From the sequence record OZ035765.1: DNA of 45,062 nucleotides; one strand, given 5' to 3'. The DNA comes from Veterinaerplatzvirus T145P1. The translations under genes were made by a program, and so were the position numbers. Below the pieces are notes generated by a model. It was not told where the DNA came from, searched no databases, and saw nothing but the letters and a program-made list of their open reading frames with translations. Positions 1-9,657 of the stretch are shown here, one piece after another (the stretch's first letter is position 1; every line of letters begins with the position of its first letter).

Positions 1-29
1 ATAATCTGACCCAAACAAAGGAGGATTAA

Positions 30-536
30 ATGAGCAAAGCAGCATTAAAGATGGGTGAGGGAAATTTCAAGGCGCTCTACAACAAGAAGTATGGCGATAT
101 TGCTATGGTGGCAATTAACCGCAAGTACACGCCTGAGGAAGTTTTCGATTTCGCCGTTAGGTACTTCTCATGGGCTGAAAGTACGGCAATCAAGGCCGCT
201 GAGACAGCATCATTTCAGGGCATGGTCACTGAACACCTCATACATAAACCTCGAGTATTCACATTAACCGGGCTGGCGCTCTTCATGGGTGTTAATATCA
301 ATAGGTTCGCTCGCTGGCGTACTGAGGCTGGATACTCTGACGTGATGGAATTCATTGATAACGTAATCTACGAGCAGAAATACCAGCTTGGCGTCGCAGG
401 CATCATCAACTCCACCATCGTTGGTAAAGAGCTTGGCATTGATAAGCCGCAGGAGATTACCATTAGCAACAACTCCACAGCTAACGACGTTGACAGCATG
501 AAGGAAGCGCTGGAATCTGTTATTGGTAAACTATAA
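30..536 (+). CDS. terminase small subunit (putative)
   Basis: 168-aa ORF directly upstream of the large terminase; RBS AAGGAGG before the ATG; position-based call. Confidence 0.55.
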   Translation: MSKAALKMGEGNFKALYNKKYGDIAMVAINRKYTPEEVFDFAVRYFSWAESTAIKAAETASFQGMVTEHLIHKPRVFTLTGLALFMGVNINRFARWRTEAGYSDVMEFIDNVIYEQKYQLGVAGIINSTIVGKELGIDKPQEITISNNSTANDVDSMKEALESVIGKL

Positions 537-553
537 CAATAAGAGGGTATAAC

Positions 554-2119
554 ATGTCTTTAGTATGGGAAGAAATGACCATTCAGGAAAAGATGGCGGT
601 TAAGGCGATATCAGAACACAGCTTCGAGGGGTTTCTTCGCTGCTGGTTTTCAATAACGCAAGGCGAGCGATATATCCCTAACTGGCATCACAAATATCTA
701 TGCCGAATTATCGACGAGATTATTGCAGGTGAGCGCAAGGACACTATAATTAACATAGCGCCTGGTAGCGGGAAGACAGAGATCGCATCAATCCACTTCC
801 CGGCCTACTCGATGGTTAAGCTGAAGAAGGTGAGGAACCTTAACATCTCATTTGCTGACTCCCTGGTTAAGCGCAACTCTAAGCGCGTACGTGACCTTAT
901 CAAGTCTCAAGAATTTCAATCACTATGGCCTTGCAAGTTTGGCACATGCAAAGACGATGAACTTCAGGTTCTTGATGAGAGTGGCAGGGTTAGATTTGAG
1001 TCAATATCAAAGGCGGCTGGGGGTCAGATTACTGGTGCTCGAGGTGGTTATATAACAGAAACATATAGCGGAGCCGTTCTATTGGATGATTTTGACAAAC
1101 CCGCAGATATGCTTTCTCCGGTTTATCGAGCTAACAACCACGTAATGCTTAAGAACACAATTCGATCACGTCGCGCTAGCTCTGTAAAGGGAAAGGCAAC
1201 ACCAATTATCTCTATACAGCAGCGCCTGCACGTCAATGACTCAACCTGGTTCATGATGGAAGGCGGTATGGGCATCGAATTCGATTTAATTAAGATACCA
1301 GCGCTAGTTACCGATGATTACATCGATTCACTTCCTGACTGGATTAAAGATCAGTTTGCTGAGGACGTACTAAGCAGTGAATATATTGAGCGAGATGGAG
1401 TAAAGTACTACAGCTACTTTCCTAAAAAGGAATCCGTAAACGACCTGGTGGCAATGTGGGATAGTGACCCGTACACTTTCCTTAGCCAATATCAACAATG
1501 CCCAGTGGCTCTTGGCGGTAACCTGATTAACGTGGATTGGTTCCAGCGTCTTAGTGATACATTCAGGCCTCCAGCTAAGTACGATTACAGATTCATCACA
1601 TGCGATACTGCGATGACTACAAAGAGTTATAGTGACTTCTCCGTGCTTCAGTTATGGGGCTATAAGGATGCTAAGATTTACCTGATAGACCAGCGCAGGG
1701 GAAAATGGGAAGCACCAGAGTTGGAGGCTGAACTGCTGGACTTCGAGAAGAAATCAAGGGCAACCAGTCAGTCAGATGGTATCCTCAGAAGGATTATTAT
1801 CGAGAAGAAAGCGTCTGGTATCGGCCTGATTCAATCAGCTGGCAGGGTTATGCGAACACCGATAGAGCCATACGTACCGGATAACGACAAGCTGACTCGC
1901 GTAATGAGCGCATTGCCACAGATTAAGGCTGGTAATGTCGTTCTTCCAGAGTCTGCGCCGTGGCTAAACGGATTGCTTACTGAGGTTGCTGCTTTTACGG
2001 CAGATGATAGCCACAAACACGACGACCAGATTGACTGTCTAACTATGGCAATCAACCTGGTACTTAACATTGCGGACGACCCCAAAGCGCGACTAATGCG
2101 CATAGCGGGAATTAAATAG
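554..2119 (+). CDS. terminase large subunit
   Basis: 521 aa; Walker A-like NIAPGSGKTE near N-terminus, C-terminal nuclease-like acidic residues; sits before portal. Confidence 0.85.
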   Translation: MSLVWEEMTIQEKMAVKAISEHSFEGFLRCWFSITQGERYIPNWHHKYLCRIIDEIIAGERKDTIINIAPGSGKTEIASIHFPAYSMVKLKKVRNLNISFADSLVKRNSKRVRDLIKSQEFQSLWPCKFGTCKDDELQVLDESGRVRFESISKAAGGQITGARGGYITETYSGAVLLDDFDKPADMLSPVYRANNHVMLKNTIRSRRASSVKGKATPIISIQQRLHVNDSTWFMMEGGMGIEFDLIKIPALVTDDYIDSLPDWIKDQFAEDVLSSEYIERDGVKYYSYFPKKESVNDLVAMWDSDPYTFLSQYQQCPVALGGNLINVDWFQRLSDTFRPPAKYDYRFITCDTAMTTKSYSDFSVLQLWGYKDAKIYLIDQRRGKWEAPELEAELLDFEKKSRATSQSDGILRRIIIEKKASGIGLIQSAGRVMRTPIEPYVPDNDKLTRVMSALPQIKAGNVVLPESAPWLNGLLTEVAAFTADDSHKHDDQIDCLTMAINLVLNIADDPKARLMRIAGIK

Positions 2120-2159
2120 CACGAATTGCTAAACGCTAGAGCCACGGATGGCGTATAGT
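2117..2159 (+). promoter_or_regulatory. conserved promoter/operator module
   Basis: TAGCACGAATTGCTA, 22-bp spacer, TATAGT; stop codon of terminase gene is the TAG of the palindrome. Confidence 0.5.
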
Positions 2160-2190
2160 TACTTCACACCAACAAGAGGAGAAAAGGCAA

Positions 2191-2565
2191 ATGAAAAACA
2201 AATCAAAGGCTTTATATCTTGGAAACACTTATGACGAGTGTTGTGAATTCACGCCGGGAAGAGAGTACGATTGTTACGATCTTGGTGATGGATTTATTGG
2301 TCTTTGCGATGATAATGATACTGAACGTTGCATTAAAAACGGAACGTTCTACAAGTTTAAACTAATCAATGAGGAACATTTTGTAACTGAAACTGAGTGC
2401 GCATCCATGCAGCCTAGCGCCGATAAAAAACCCGAGTTTAGATATTACATCAATGGCGAAGTGGTTACTAAGGTAAAGTTCGACGATACGCTATTGTGCG
2501 TCAAGGACTTTGAATCTAGTGGGGTTGATACATCATCAATCAAGTTCGAAGTAAAATTCGAGTAA
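2191..2565 (+). CDS. hypothetical Cys-rich protein (moron-like)
   Basis: 124 aa, N-terminal cysteine cluster; own promoter module upstream (2117-2159) and terminator downstream (2586-2609). Confidence 0.5.
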   Translation: MKNKSKALYLGNTYDECCEFTPGREYDCYDLGDGFIGLCDDNDTERCIKNGTFYKFKLINEEHFVTETECASMQPSADKKPEFRYYINGEVVTKVKFDDTLLCVKDFESSGVDTSSIKFEVKFE

Positions 2566-2585
2566 TCAAAAACCGTGTGATAAAC

Positions 2586-2609
2586 TAGCCCCCACATGGG
2601 GCTTTTTTT
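2586..2609 (+). terminator. rho-independent terminator
   Basis: AGCCCC-CACAT-GGGGCT followed by T7. Confidence 0.6.
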
Positions 2610-2623
2610 ATTGGAGAAATGCA

Positions 2624-3874
2624 ATGGTAAAGACAGACAGCTACGCCAATATCTTTCTCGGCGGCAGTGATGGTAGTGAGATTTACGGGAGCTTACAGAA
2701 TCAGGAGCCTACAATCCTGGCTTCTCTTTATGCGAATAATGCGCTGGTACGTAGAATTATCGACACAATCCCTGAGACAGCATTAGCGGCAGGATTCCAC
2801 ATTGATGGTATTGATGATGAGCCAGCATTTTGGTCGCGATGGGATGACCTGGAAATGACGCAGAATATTAACGACGCCTGGGCGTGGGCGAGATTATTCG
2901 GTGGCGCCGCTATTGTGGCTATCGTTAAGGACAATAGGGCACTAACAAGTGCGGTCAGAGAAGGTGCTGAGCTTGAAACAGTTCGCGTTTACGACCGCAC
3001 GCAAGTAAAAGTACAAACTCGCGAGGAGAATCCCCGTAACGCACGTTTTGGTAAGCCACTAACCTATCGCATCACCACAAATGAGAGCGATATGTTCTAT
3101 GATGTGCACTACAGCCGAATTCACATCATTGACGGAGAGCGAATTCCTAACGTAATGCGTCGGCAAAATGATGGCTGGGGCCGTAGCGTTCTATCCAGTG
3201 ACATTCTTGACTCAATTAAGGATTACACCAACTGTGAACGACTTGCTACGCAGTTACTGAAGCGCAAGCAGCAGGCGGTGTGGAAGGCGAAAGGTCTGGC
3301 TGAGTTATGTGATGATAGCGAAGGATTTGGTGCAGCTCGATTGAGACTTGCACAGGTTGACAACAATAGCGGCGTAGGCCAGGCGATTGGTATCGATGCG
3401 GAATCTGAAGAATACAGCATTCTCAACTCCGATATTGGCGGGATCGATGCGTTCCTGGATAAGAAGTTCGATAGAATCGTTGCCCTGAGCGGTATCCATG
3501 AAATCATCCTGAAAAACAAGAACGTTGGTGGTGTGTCATCAAGCCAGAATACAGCCCTTGAGACATTCCATAAGCTAGTTGACCGCAAACGTAACTCTGA
3601 GTTGCTTCCTATTCTTGGGTTCTTAATCCCGTTCATCGTAAATGTAGAAGAGTGGTCAGTTGAGTTTTATCCTTTAGCTCAGGAATCAAGCAAGGATAAG
3701 GCTGAGATTCTGGAGAAGAACGTAAACAGCATTGCATCACTAATTGCATCTGGCGCTATGAATGCTAACGAGGCGCGTGATACACTACGAGCCATCGCAC
3801 CAGAGATTAAGATTGGTGATGGTGATATTGAAGCTCAACAACAAGAAAAATCAGAGGAGGTTGTGATTGCTTAA
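2624..3874 (+). CDS. portal protein
   Basis: 416 aa, immediately after terminase, acidic C-terminus; typical gene order. Confidence 0.75.
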   Translation: MVKTDSYANIFLGGSDGSEIYGSLQNQEPTILASLYANNALVRRIIDTIPETALAAGFHIDGIDDEPAFWSRWDDLEMTQNINDAWAWARLFGGAAIVAIVKDNRALTSAVREGAELETVRVYDRTQVKVQTREENPRNARFGKPLTYRITTNESDMFYDVHYSRIHIIDGERIPNVMRRQNDGWGRSVLSSDILDSIKDYTNCERLATQLLKRKQQAVWKAKGLAELCDDSEGFGAARLRLAQVDNNSGVGQAIGIDAESEEYSILNSDIGGIDAFLDKKFDRIVALSGIHEIILKNKNVGGVSSSQNTALETFHKLVDRKRNSELLPILGFLIPFIVNVEEWSVEFYPLAQESSKDKAEILEKNVNSIASLIASGAMNANEARDTLRAIAPEIKIGDGDIEAQQQEKSEEVVIA

Positions 3875-3939
3875 ATTAATTGGTTACGGTGGGGGTTAAT
3901 GAATGATGAATTTGATGGCTTTTAGTGAGGAGAATTGGG

Positions 3940-5028
3940 ATGTCTAAAATCCGATATGACAACGCAAAGTTTAAGGCAACAATCGACGAGAATGGATTCT
4001 TAGTAGATACGCCAGTTGTCGCACGTCTCGGCGTGCAAGTCTACTACATGGAGGACGGCCGCACTGTTCGGGAGTTTCGCCCAGCCGAGGAGGTTTTCAA
4101 AGATGAATCTCTAGCGAGCTACCAGGGCAAGCCAATGACCATGGACCATGTTTTCGTTAACTCAGAGAATGCTAAAGAGGTGGTGGTAGGATCGGTTGCT
4201 GGAAAGGCGGAGCCATTAGGCAGCTCTGTAGTTGCTCCAATTGTTATTTACGATAGTGCCGCCATCAAGGAAGCCATGGCAGGTAATGCAAAGGAGTTAT
4301 CCGTTGGATACTCATCAGTTATTGATTACACCCCCGGCTGGGGCGACCCTGTTACTGGCGAGTACTTCCTCAAGTCTGAAAGTGAGCTATTCGACGTACC
4401 AGAAGGATGGCAGGAGTTCGACGCAATTCAGCGTGACATTAAAGTGAACCATCTGGCAATGGTGTATCGCGGTCGCGCAGGCATTGCCAAATTGAATATG
4501 GACGGTGAGCAGGAAAACCCGTATACTACTGACGTTGATATCAATAAAGAGGATAAACAGGAAATGACAGTTAAAATTAAACTCGACGGCGCGCAGGAAT
4601 TTGAGGTCGCCCCGGAAATCGCCTCTCACATCGAAGCACTGAACGCAAAGGCTGACACCGCAATCGCAGAGCGCGATTCTCTGAAAGCTAAAGTAGATGC
4701 AATGCCAGCTGAAATCGAAGCTGCCGTTGCTAAAGCGAAAGCTGATGCTGATGCCCTAGCCGCTCTGGTTGCTGTTGCTGCTGAGGCTGGTGTTAAGGCT
4801 GACGGTCTGGATGCTAAAGGCATTAAAGTTGCTTACGTTAAAGAAGTCTCCGGTCTTGATGTTAGTGAGAAGTCTGACGCATACATCGACGCGGCATTCG
4901 ACATTGCCAAAGAATCTGATAAAATGGCTGAAGTACGTAAAGCAACTACTGCTTCCGACAAATCTGACAGCGCCGATGAGCCTAAGAAATTAGACCCACG
5001 TGCTCGTTTAGCTAAAATTAAGAAATAA
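3940..5028 (+). CDS. head morphogenesis / scaffolding protein
   Basis: Start moved to ATG at 3940 (RBS GAGGAG at 3927-3932); C-terminal Ala/Lys-rich coiled-coil region typical of scaffolds. Confidence 0.5.
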   Translation: MSKIRYDNAKFKATIDENGFLVDTPVVARLGVQVYYMEDGRTVREFRPAEEVFKDESLASYQGKPMTMDHVFVNSENAKEVVVGSVAGKAEPLGSSVVAPIVIYDSAAIKEAMAGNAKELSVGYSSVIDYTPGWGDPVTGEYFLKSESELFDVPEGWQEFDAIQRDIKVNHLAMVYRGRAGIAKLNMDGEQENPYTTDVDINKEDKQEMTVKIKLDGAQEFEVAPEIASHIEALNAKADTAIAERDSLKAKVDAMPAEIEAAVAKAKADADALAALVAVAAEAGVKADGLDAKGIKVAYVKEVSGLDVSEKSDAYIDAAFDIAKESDKMAEVRKATTASDKSDSADEPKKLDPRARLAKIKK

Positions 5029-5040
5029 GGAGTTATAAAC

Positions 5041-5562
5041 ATGGCAATTCGTTCCGTAGCACTGGCTGGTATGGTTTCTGATACTTCTCTGTACAACATC
5101 GACGGCGCTTGCGTAGTTGGCGGCGCAGCAGCCATTCCGGTTGGCACTTTTGTTGGCGTTACATCAGCTCAGCCTGTAGATGGTCACAAAGTTGTTGGGC
5201 TTCCTGCTGTGACTGGCACACCAGTTAAACCTTACGGTGTTGTTGTTAAATCTCATTATGAGACTCCAGATGGCACCGCTCGCGTAAATGAAGCGGTTAA
5301 CGTGATGACACACGGTCGAATCTGGGTTCGTACAACTCTAGCGGCTGCGCCAGTTTTTGGTAGTAAGGTTTACGTAAACGCGAGTGGCGTTGTTGCTGCT
5401 AAGGCTGCTACCACTACCTGGGAAACTGGTTTTACATTTGCTGGTGGCTATGTGTCGGCTTACGCTGGCGGCGCTGACCCAATTAAGCAAGGTGAAAGCG
5501 TTGATGGTGCAATGGTTGAGGTTCAGTTGATTCAATCAGCAGACTCAACTGTCGCCGCTTAA
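5041..5562 (+). CDS. head structural protein (decoration-like, putative)
   Basis: 173 aa Gly/Ala/Val-rich; between scaffold and major capsid; strong terminator follows. Confidence 0.4.
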   Translation: MAIRSVALAGMVSDTSLYNIDGACVVGGAAAIPVGTFVGVTSAQPVDGHKVVGLPAVTGTPVKPYGVVVKSHYETPDGTARVNEAVNVMTHGRIWVRTTLAAAPVFGSKVYVNASGVVAAKAATTTWETGFTFAGGYVSAYAGGADPIKQGESVDGAMVEVQLIQSADSTVAA

Positions 5563-5577
5563 TAATTAAGATATATA

Positions 5578-5602
5578 AAGCCTCCTTCGGGAGGTTTTTT
5601 TA
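5578..5602 (+). terminator. rho-independent terminator
   Basis: GCCTCC-TTCG-GGAGG followed by T7. Confidence 0.7.
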
Positions 5603-5607
5603 TACCA

Positions 5608-5635
5608 TTGCGTGGGCTAAAAACTCGTGTATAAT
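5608..5635 (+). promoter_or_regulatory. sigma70-like promoter for major capsid gene
   Basis: TTGCGT, 16-bp spacer, TATAAT; between terminator and capsid RBS. Confidence 0.55.
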
Positions 5636-5673
5636 GAACCCGTAGACACCTAACTGAAAAGGAACAATAAAGA

Positions 5674-6618
5674 ATGGCCATTAAATTTGATGCAGAACAA
5701 GCAAAAATCACCGCTCACCTCGAGCAAATGGGCGTAGAGAAAGCAGATGCCGCTGGTATCTGGACTGTTAAGCAACTGACCGCCAATCTGGCACGAGCTT
5801 ACGAAAAAGAATATGCAGACAACTCCGTTGTTAATATCTTCCCTGTGACCAATGAAATCCCTGGTCATGCGAAATATTTCGAATATCCAGAATTTGACGG
5901 CGTTGGCATTGCTCAGATTATCGCCGATTACTCTGACGACTTGCCGCTGGTTGATGCGTTTATGACCGAGAAACAGGGTAAAGTGTTCCGCTTTGGTAAC
6001 GCGTTCCTGATCTCCACTGACGAAATCAAAGCAGGTGCGGCAACTGGTCAGCCACTGTCGGCTCGCAAACAGGCTCTGGCATTCGAAGCGCATGATAACC
6101 TGCTGGATAAACTGGTATGGTCAGGCTCTACACCACACGGAATTCCTAGCGTGTTCAATCATCCGAACATCAACAACGTTGTTTCTGGTGGTGCGTGGAG
6201 CTCTGCATCTGCCGCCATGACTGATATTACCGCACTTATTGATGCAATCGAGACTGCGACTAATGGCACTCACACCGCAACTGATATCTTGCTGCCTGCC
6301 TCCGCTCGCCGCCTGATGCAAGAACTGGTGCCGAATACATCTATCAGCTACGCCCAGCTGTTCGCTACCAATAACTCTGGTATCACTCTGCGTTATCTTC
6401 AGTTCCTGGATAACTACGACGGAGCAGGCGGTAAAGCAGCATTGGCGTTTGAAAAGAATCCTCTCAACCTTTCGATTGAGATCCCGGAAGCGACCAATGT
6501 ACTTCCAGGACAGCCTAAGGATTTGCACATCCGCTACCCTGTTACCTCCAAAGCAACAGGATTGATTTTATATCGCCCTCTGACGGTGGCCGTAATGAAA
6601 GGTATCACCTTCGCGTGA
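5674..6618 (+). CDS. major capsid protein
   Basis: 314 aa; own sigma70-like promoter (TTGCGT-16-TATAAT), strong RBS and flanking terminators indicate very high expression. Confidence 0.65.
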   Translation: MAIKFDAEQAKITAHLEQMGVEKADAAGIWTVKQLTANLARAYEKEYADNSVVNIFPVTNEIPGHAKYFEYPEFDGVGIAQIIADYSDDLPLVDAFMTEKQGKVFRFGNAFLISTDEIKAGAATGQPLSARKQALAFEAHDNLLDKLVWSGSTPHGIPSVFNHPNINNVVSGGAWSSASAAMTDITALIDAIETATNGTHTATDILLPASARRLMQELVPNTSISYAQLFATNNSGITLRYLQFLDNYDGAGGKAALAFEKNPLNLSIEIPEATNVLPGQPKDLHIRYPVTSKATGLILYRPLTVAVMKGITFA

Positions 6619-6624
6619 TAAATC

Positions 6625-6647
6625 GCCCTCTTCGGAGGGCTTTTTTT
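6625..6647 (+). terminator. rho-independent terminator (after major capsid gene)
   Basis: GCCCTC-TTCG-GAGGGC followed by T7. Confidence 0.7.
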
Positions 6648-6710
6648 ACGTCTGTACCAAATGGATTTGTTGGGTTATAATCACTCAATCAGATAACAAA
6701 GGAGACAAAA

Positions 6711-6956
6711 ATGATTCGTTTAGAACACACTGGCGCTTGCCTTATCGTTTACAGGGGTGAGAAATATTTGCCTGGTGACACTTTCGAGGTTGATGCAATT
6801 TGCGACGGACTCAAGCGTTTAATCGCAGAGGGTAAACTCACCATTGAGGGTGACGCCAAAGCAACCAAACAAATCGCGCAAGAAGTTGTTAGCAAGAAAA
6901 AGCGCAGAGAACCGAAAACCATCTCCGAGGCTGAGACTGGTAACGAGTACAAATAA
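6711..6956 (+). CDS. hypothetical protein
   Basis: 81 aa, RBS AAAGGAG, terminator downstream. Confidence 0.45.
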   Translation: MIRLEHTGACLIVYRGEKYLPGDTFEVDAICDGLKRLIAEGKLTIEGDAKATKQIAQEVVSKKKRREPKTISEAETGNEYK

Positions 6957-6961
6957 TAAAC

Positions 6962-6984
6962 AGGGCGCTTCGGCGTCCTTTATT
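6962..6984 (+). terminator. terminator-like hairpin
   Basis: GGGCGC-TTCG-GCGTCC followed by TTTATT. Confidence 0.45.
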
Positions 6985-6997
6985 GTATGGAGCTAAT

Positions 6998-7399
6998 ATG
7001 AATGATGCAATTTTGGCGTTTATGCGCTCGCTTGTACCTGCTCTCAAAGCGGCGGATGACGAATCAATTAATGTATGGATTGATTTGGCACGTCTATACG
7101 TATGCGAAAGCAAGTTTGGAGCAGACAAAGACAAGGCTGTCGGCCTTTATGCATTGCACCTGATGCTTGCTGATGGCGCGTTTAAAGGCGAGAACGAAGG
7201 TCTGGAAACATACAGTCGTAGAATGGCAAGTTACGCACTGAGCGGTGAATTCTCTATCACATATGATACCCAATCAGCAGCATCTGGTGATTTATCATCT
7301 TCTCAATTCGGTAGGATGTATAAGGCGCTTCTTCGCAAGAAAGGCGGTGGATTTGGATTAATTACTTCCGCTACTGGCGGTGGGTGCGGTTGCCGATGA
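6998..7399 (+). CDS. head-tail connector/adaptor protein (putative)
   Basis: Start moved to ATG 6998 (GGAG 5 nt upstream); position between capsid and tail genes. Confidence 0.35.
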   Translation: MNDAILAFMRSLVPALKAADDESINVWIDLARLYVCESKFGADKDKAVGLYALHLMLADGAFKGENEGLETYSRRMASYALSGEFSITYDTQSAASGDLSSSQFGRMYKALLRKKGGGFGLITSATGGGCGCR

Positions 7400-7767
7400 A
7401 CTACAGCGAAATAGAATCAATCACTCGCGAAGGAATTAACTTCTTTAGTGATGCCAATGGCGTTTACGAGATGAGTACTGGCGCTGGATATGTTGAAATC
7501 GTTAACGGCGTTGAGGTTGAGTTTCCTTCGCAAACATTCCAGCTAAAGGGTTTGGTTCGAGAAATCAAGACTCGCGATATAGATGGTGAGTTTATCCATT
7601 TTGGCGATAAGCGCGGAATCTTCACAGCTCAGGTGGAAATTAAGCAGGGTTATCAGATTAAAGTTGATGGTGAGACTTTTGTTGTTGTTGATCCGCGACC
7701 AGTTAAACCAACTGGTACAGTGGTTGGTTACAGACCGATTCTTCGTAGGGTGGCTACTTATGGCTAG
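7396..7767 (+). CDS. head closure protein (putative)
   Basis: ATGA overlap with the upstream stop; position-based. Confidence 0.35.
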   Translation: MNYSEIESITREGINFFSDANGVYEMSTGAGYVEIVNGVEVEFPSQTFQLKGLVREIKTRDIDGEFIHFGDKRGIFTAQVEIKQGYQIKVDGETFVVVDPRPVKPTGTVVGYRPILRRVATYG

Positions 7768-8197
7768 AAATATTGGAAGCGTCGCTACGTTTGAGAAATC
7801 TATTACTGACTGGATTGACAGAGCAGATAAGGGATTTGAAATTGTGGTCGCTAATACGGTCACTAAAACAGCCAACGCAATTGTGGACCTTTCCCCTGTC
7901 GACACTGGTAGATTCAAGGCTAACTGGCAAATTACCGCAAACTCACCAGCCCAGCAGTCTCTGAATGAGTACGATCAGACTGGCGGGCAGACAAAAACAT
8001 ATCTCGCCAGACAAGCCAGAGCAGTAGCCAATTCAAAAGCCACTAGTGTTATTTATATTACTAACCGACTTGATTACGCAGCCGACCTTGAGTATGGAGC
8101 TTCAAATCAGGCTCCGTCTGGTGTTTTGGGCGTGGTGCAAGCGAGGCTTGGCAGGTATTTTCAAGAAGCAGTGGAGGAGGCTCGTCGTGCAATATGA
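7760..8197 (+). CDS. neck / tail completion protein (putative)
   Basis: Start moved to ATG 7760 (track ORF has a long in-frame N-terminal extension overlapping the previous gene); DTGRFKANW motif region. Confidence 0.4.
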   Translation: MARNIGSVATFEKSITDWIDRADKGFEIVVANTVTKTANAIVDLSPVDTGRFKANWQITANSPAQQSLNEYDQTGGQTKTYLARQARAVANSKATSVIYITNRLDYAADLEYGASNQAPSGVLGVVQARLGRYFQEAVEEARRAI

Positions 8198-8588
8198 ATT
8201 ATCATTAGCAGCAAGGAAATTCGTCAACGATTTGTTGGTAAATGAATTTCCGGTCAGATATCCAGTTGCGTGGGAGAATGCTGCATTCACCCCTCCTGCG
8301 GATGGATCAATCTGGCTTAAGTACGACTACACGGAAGTTGATACTGTAACCTACGGATTAAGCAGGAAGTGCAAATACTACGTAGGCATGGTGCAGATTT
8401 CTGTTTTCTTCAGCCCTGGCACTGGAATTGATAGACCCAGACAAATCGCTAATCAATTGGCAGAATCTATCGTTGATGGTACAATGCTTGACAGCGGGAC
8501 CATTTATGAGTCTGGAGTTGTTAACCCGGTTATCAAATCCAAATCTGGGTGGTTTATCCCGGTTCGTTTTTATGTTCGTCTAGACTAA
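8187..8588 (+). CDS. tail terminator-like protein (putative)
   Basis: Probable GTG start at 8187 after GGAGGAGG; directly precedes major tail gene. Confidence 0.35.
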   Translation: MQYELSLAARKFVNDLLVNEFPVRYPVAWENAAFTPPADGSIWLKYDYTEVDTVTYGLSRKCKYYVGMVQISVFFSPGTGIDRPRQIANQLAESIVDGTMLDSGTIYESGVVNPVIKSKSGWFIPVRFYVRLD

Positions 8589-8603
8589 CAAAAGGAAAAA
8601 TAA

Positions 8604-9260
8604 ATGGCTCATCTCAGCAATGGCACGCAGGTCTTCGTAGAAGGCTCTCGCGGAGCTGCAATTGACGTAACTGCAATTTCTAACGCAGTTACCCCTGTTT
8701 TAACTGTATCTGACGCCTCTGGCTTGGTCGTTGGTGATTACTTGCTTTTCACCTCTTCTGCCTCAACTCTTCTGGCTGACAAGCAGGTTCGCGTAACTGC
8801 AATCACTGATACGTCAGTAACCGTTGAAGGTATTGATACCTCCAGCACCACTAAGTTCCCTGCTGGTCTAACTGGTGAAGTTGTTAAAATTACTTCATGG
8901 TTCGAGGTTCCTTGTGTTCAGGACGTATCTACTGACGGCGGCGAACAGCAGTTCGTTAACTTCCAGTGCTTGTCAGATGACCGCGAACAGCAGATTCCGA
9001 CTTATAAATCTGCCGTAACAAACACCTTCACCTTTGCTCACGAGTACACTAACCCGGTTTATCCGGTTCTGCGTAACTACGACGAGTCTGGCCAGGTTGT
9101 TGCGATTCGTCTGTTCGTACCTCGCGCTCAGGAAATGCGTTTACAGTCCGGCACTATCGCTTTCAACGACACCCCTACCATTGGTGTTAACGAAATCGAA
9201 ACGGTATCCATCGCAGTATCCATTCGTGGGCGCCTATCCTCTGTGGCAGCAGAAGTTTAA
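8604..9260 (+). CDS. major tail protein
   Basis: 218 aa, Ser/Thr/Val-rich; sits before chaperone pair and tape measure; terminator follows. Confidence 0.6.
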   Translation: MAHLSNGTQVFVEGSRGAAIDVTAISNAVTPVLTVSDASGLVVGDYLLFTSSASTLLADKQVRVTAITDTSVTVEGIDTSSTTKFPAGLTGEVVKITSWFEVPCVQDVSTDGGEQQFVNFQCLSDDREQQIPTYKSAVTNTFTFAHEYTNPVYPVLRNYDESGQVVAIRLFVPRAQEMRLQSGTIAFNDTPTIGVNEIETVSIAVSIRGRLSSVAAEV

Positions 9261-9266
9261 AGCACA

Positions 9267-9289
9267 AACCCTCTTAGGAGGGTTTTTTA
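9267..9289 (+). terminator. rho-independent terminator (after major tail gene)
   Basis: AACCCTC-TTAG-GAGGGTT followed by T5. Confidence 0.65.
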
Positions 9290-9294
9290 TTGCA

Positions 9295-9337
9295 TAGCAC
9301 TTTTTGCTAAAGCGGTTATTCAACTTTGCTGTATAGT
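9295..9337 (+). promoter_or_regulatory. conserved promoter/operator module
   Basis: TAGCACTTTTTGCTA, 22 bp, TATAGT, leader TACCTCATCGAAACGA. Confidence 0.5.
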
Positions 9338-9370
9338 TACCTCATCGAAACGAAATGAGAGATTAAAGAA

Positions 9371-9619
9371 ATGAATAACGTTAAAAACATCATCAAGCTC
9401 GCTGCGGTTCTGTTTGCTTTTTATGCGGTAGTTCAGATTGTAGACCCAACAGGTGAGGCTGATGCCAATATCAAGGCAAACAAATATACTGTTGAATTTG
9501 CTAAGGCTGAGCGAGCATGTCAGGAGCTTGTAGGTGGCAAAGTTGACCAAATCATGAAATACGGCAAAGAGGTTTGTAAGGACTCGGCTGCTAAGATTGC
9601 AAAAGAAAACACTAAGTAA
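9371..9619 (+). CDS. hypothetical small membrane/secreted protein (moron-like)
   Basis: 82 aa with N-terminal hydrophobic segment; own promoter module at 9295-9337. Confidence 0.5.
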   Translation: MNNVKNIIKLAAVLFAFYAVVQIVDPTGEADANIKANKYTVEFAKAERACQELVGGKVDQIMKYGKEVCKDSAAKIAKENTK

Positions 9620-9657
9620 TAGAATACATACTCACAAACAATAAGAGGATTAACAAA

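Noticed and set aside
2117-2131. Resemblance of TAGCACGAATTGCTA to a sigma54 -24/-12 promoter (TGGCAC-N5-TTGCA)
   Set aside because: The essential GG dinucleotide is AG in every copy, and the distance between the GC-like elements is two nucleotides shorter than the sigma54 consensus; the downstream TATAGT box at fixed distance fits a sigma70-type -10 better.
3223-3636. 137-aa minus-strand ORF inside the portal gene
   Set aside because: Antisense to a strongly supported gene within a uniformly plus-strand module.
7583-8588. Long 5' extensions of track ORFs 7583-8197 and 8046-8588 (likewise 15847, 22272, 26714, 27725, 44752)
   Set aside because: The extensions overlap the upstream gene in another frame and lack an RBS; internal starts with Shine-Dalgarno sequences and overlapping stop/start geometry were used instead.
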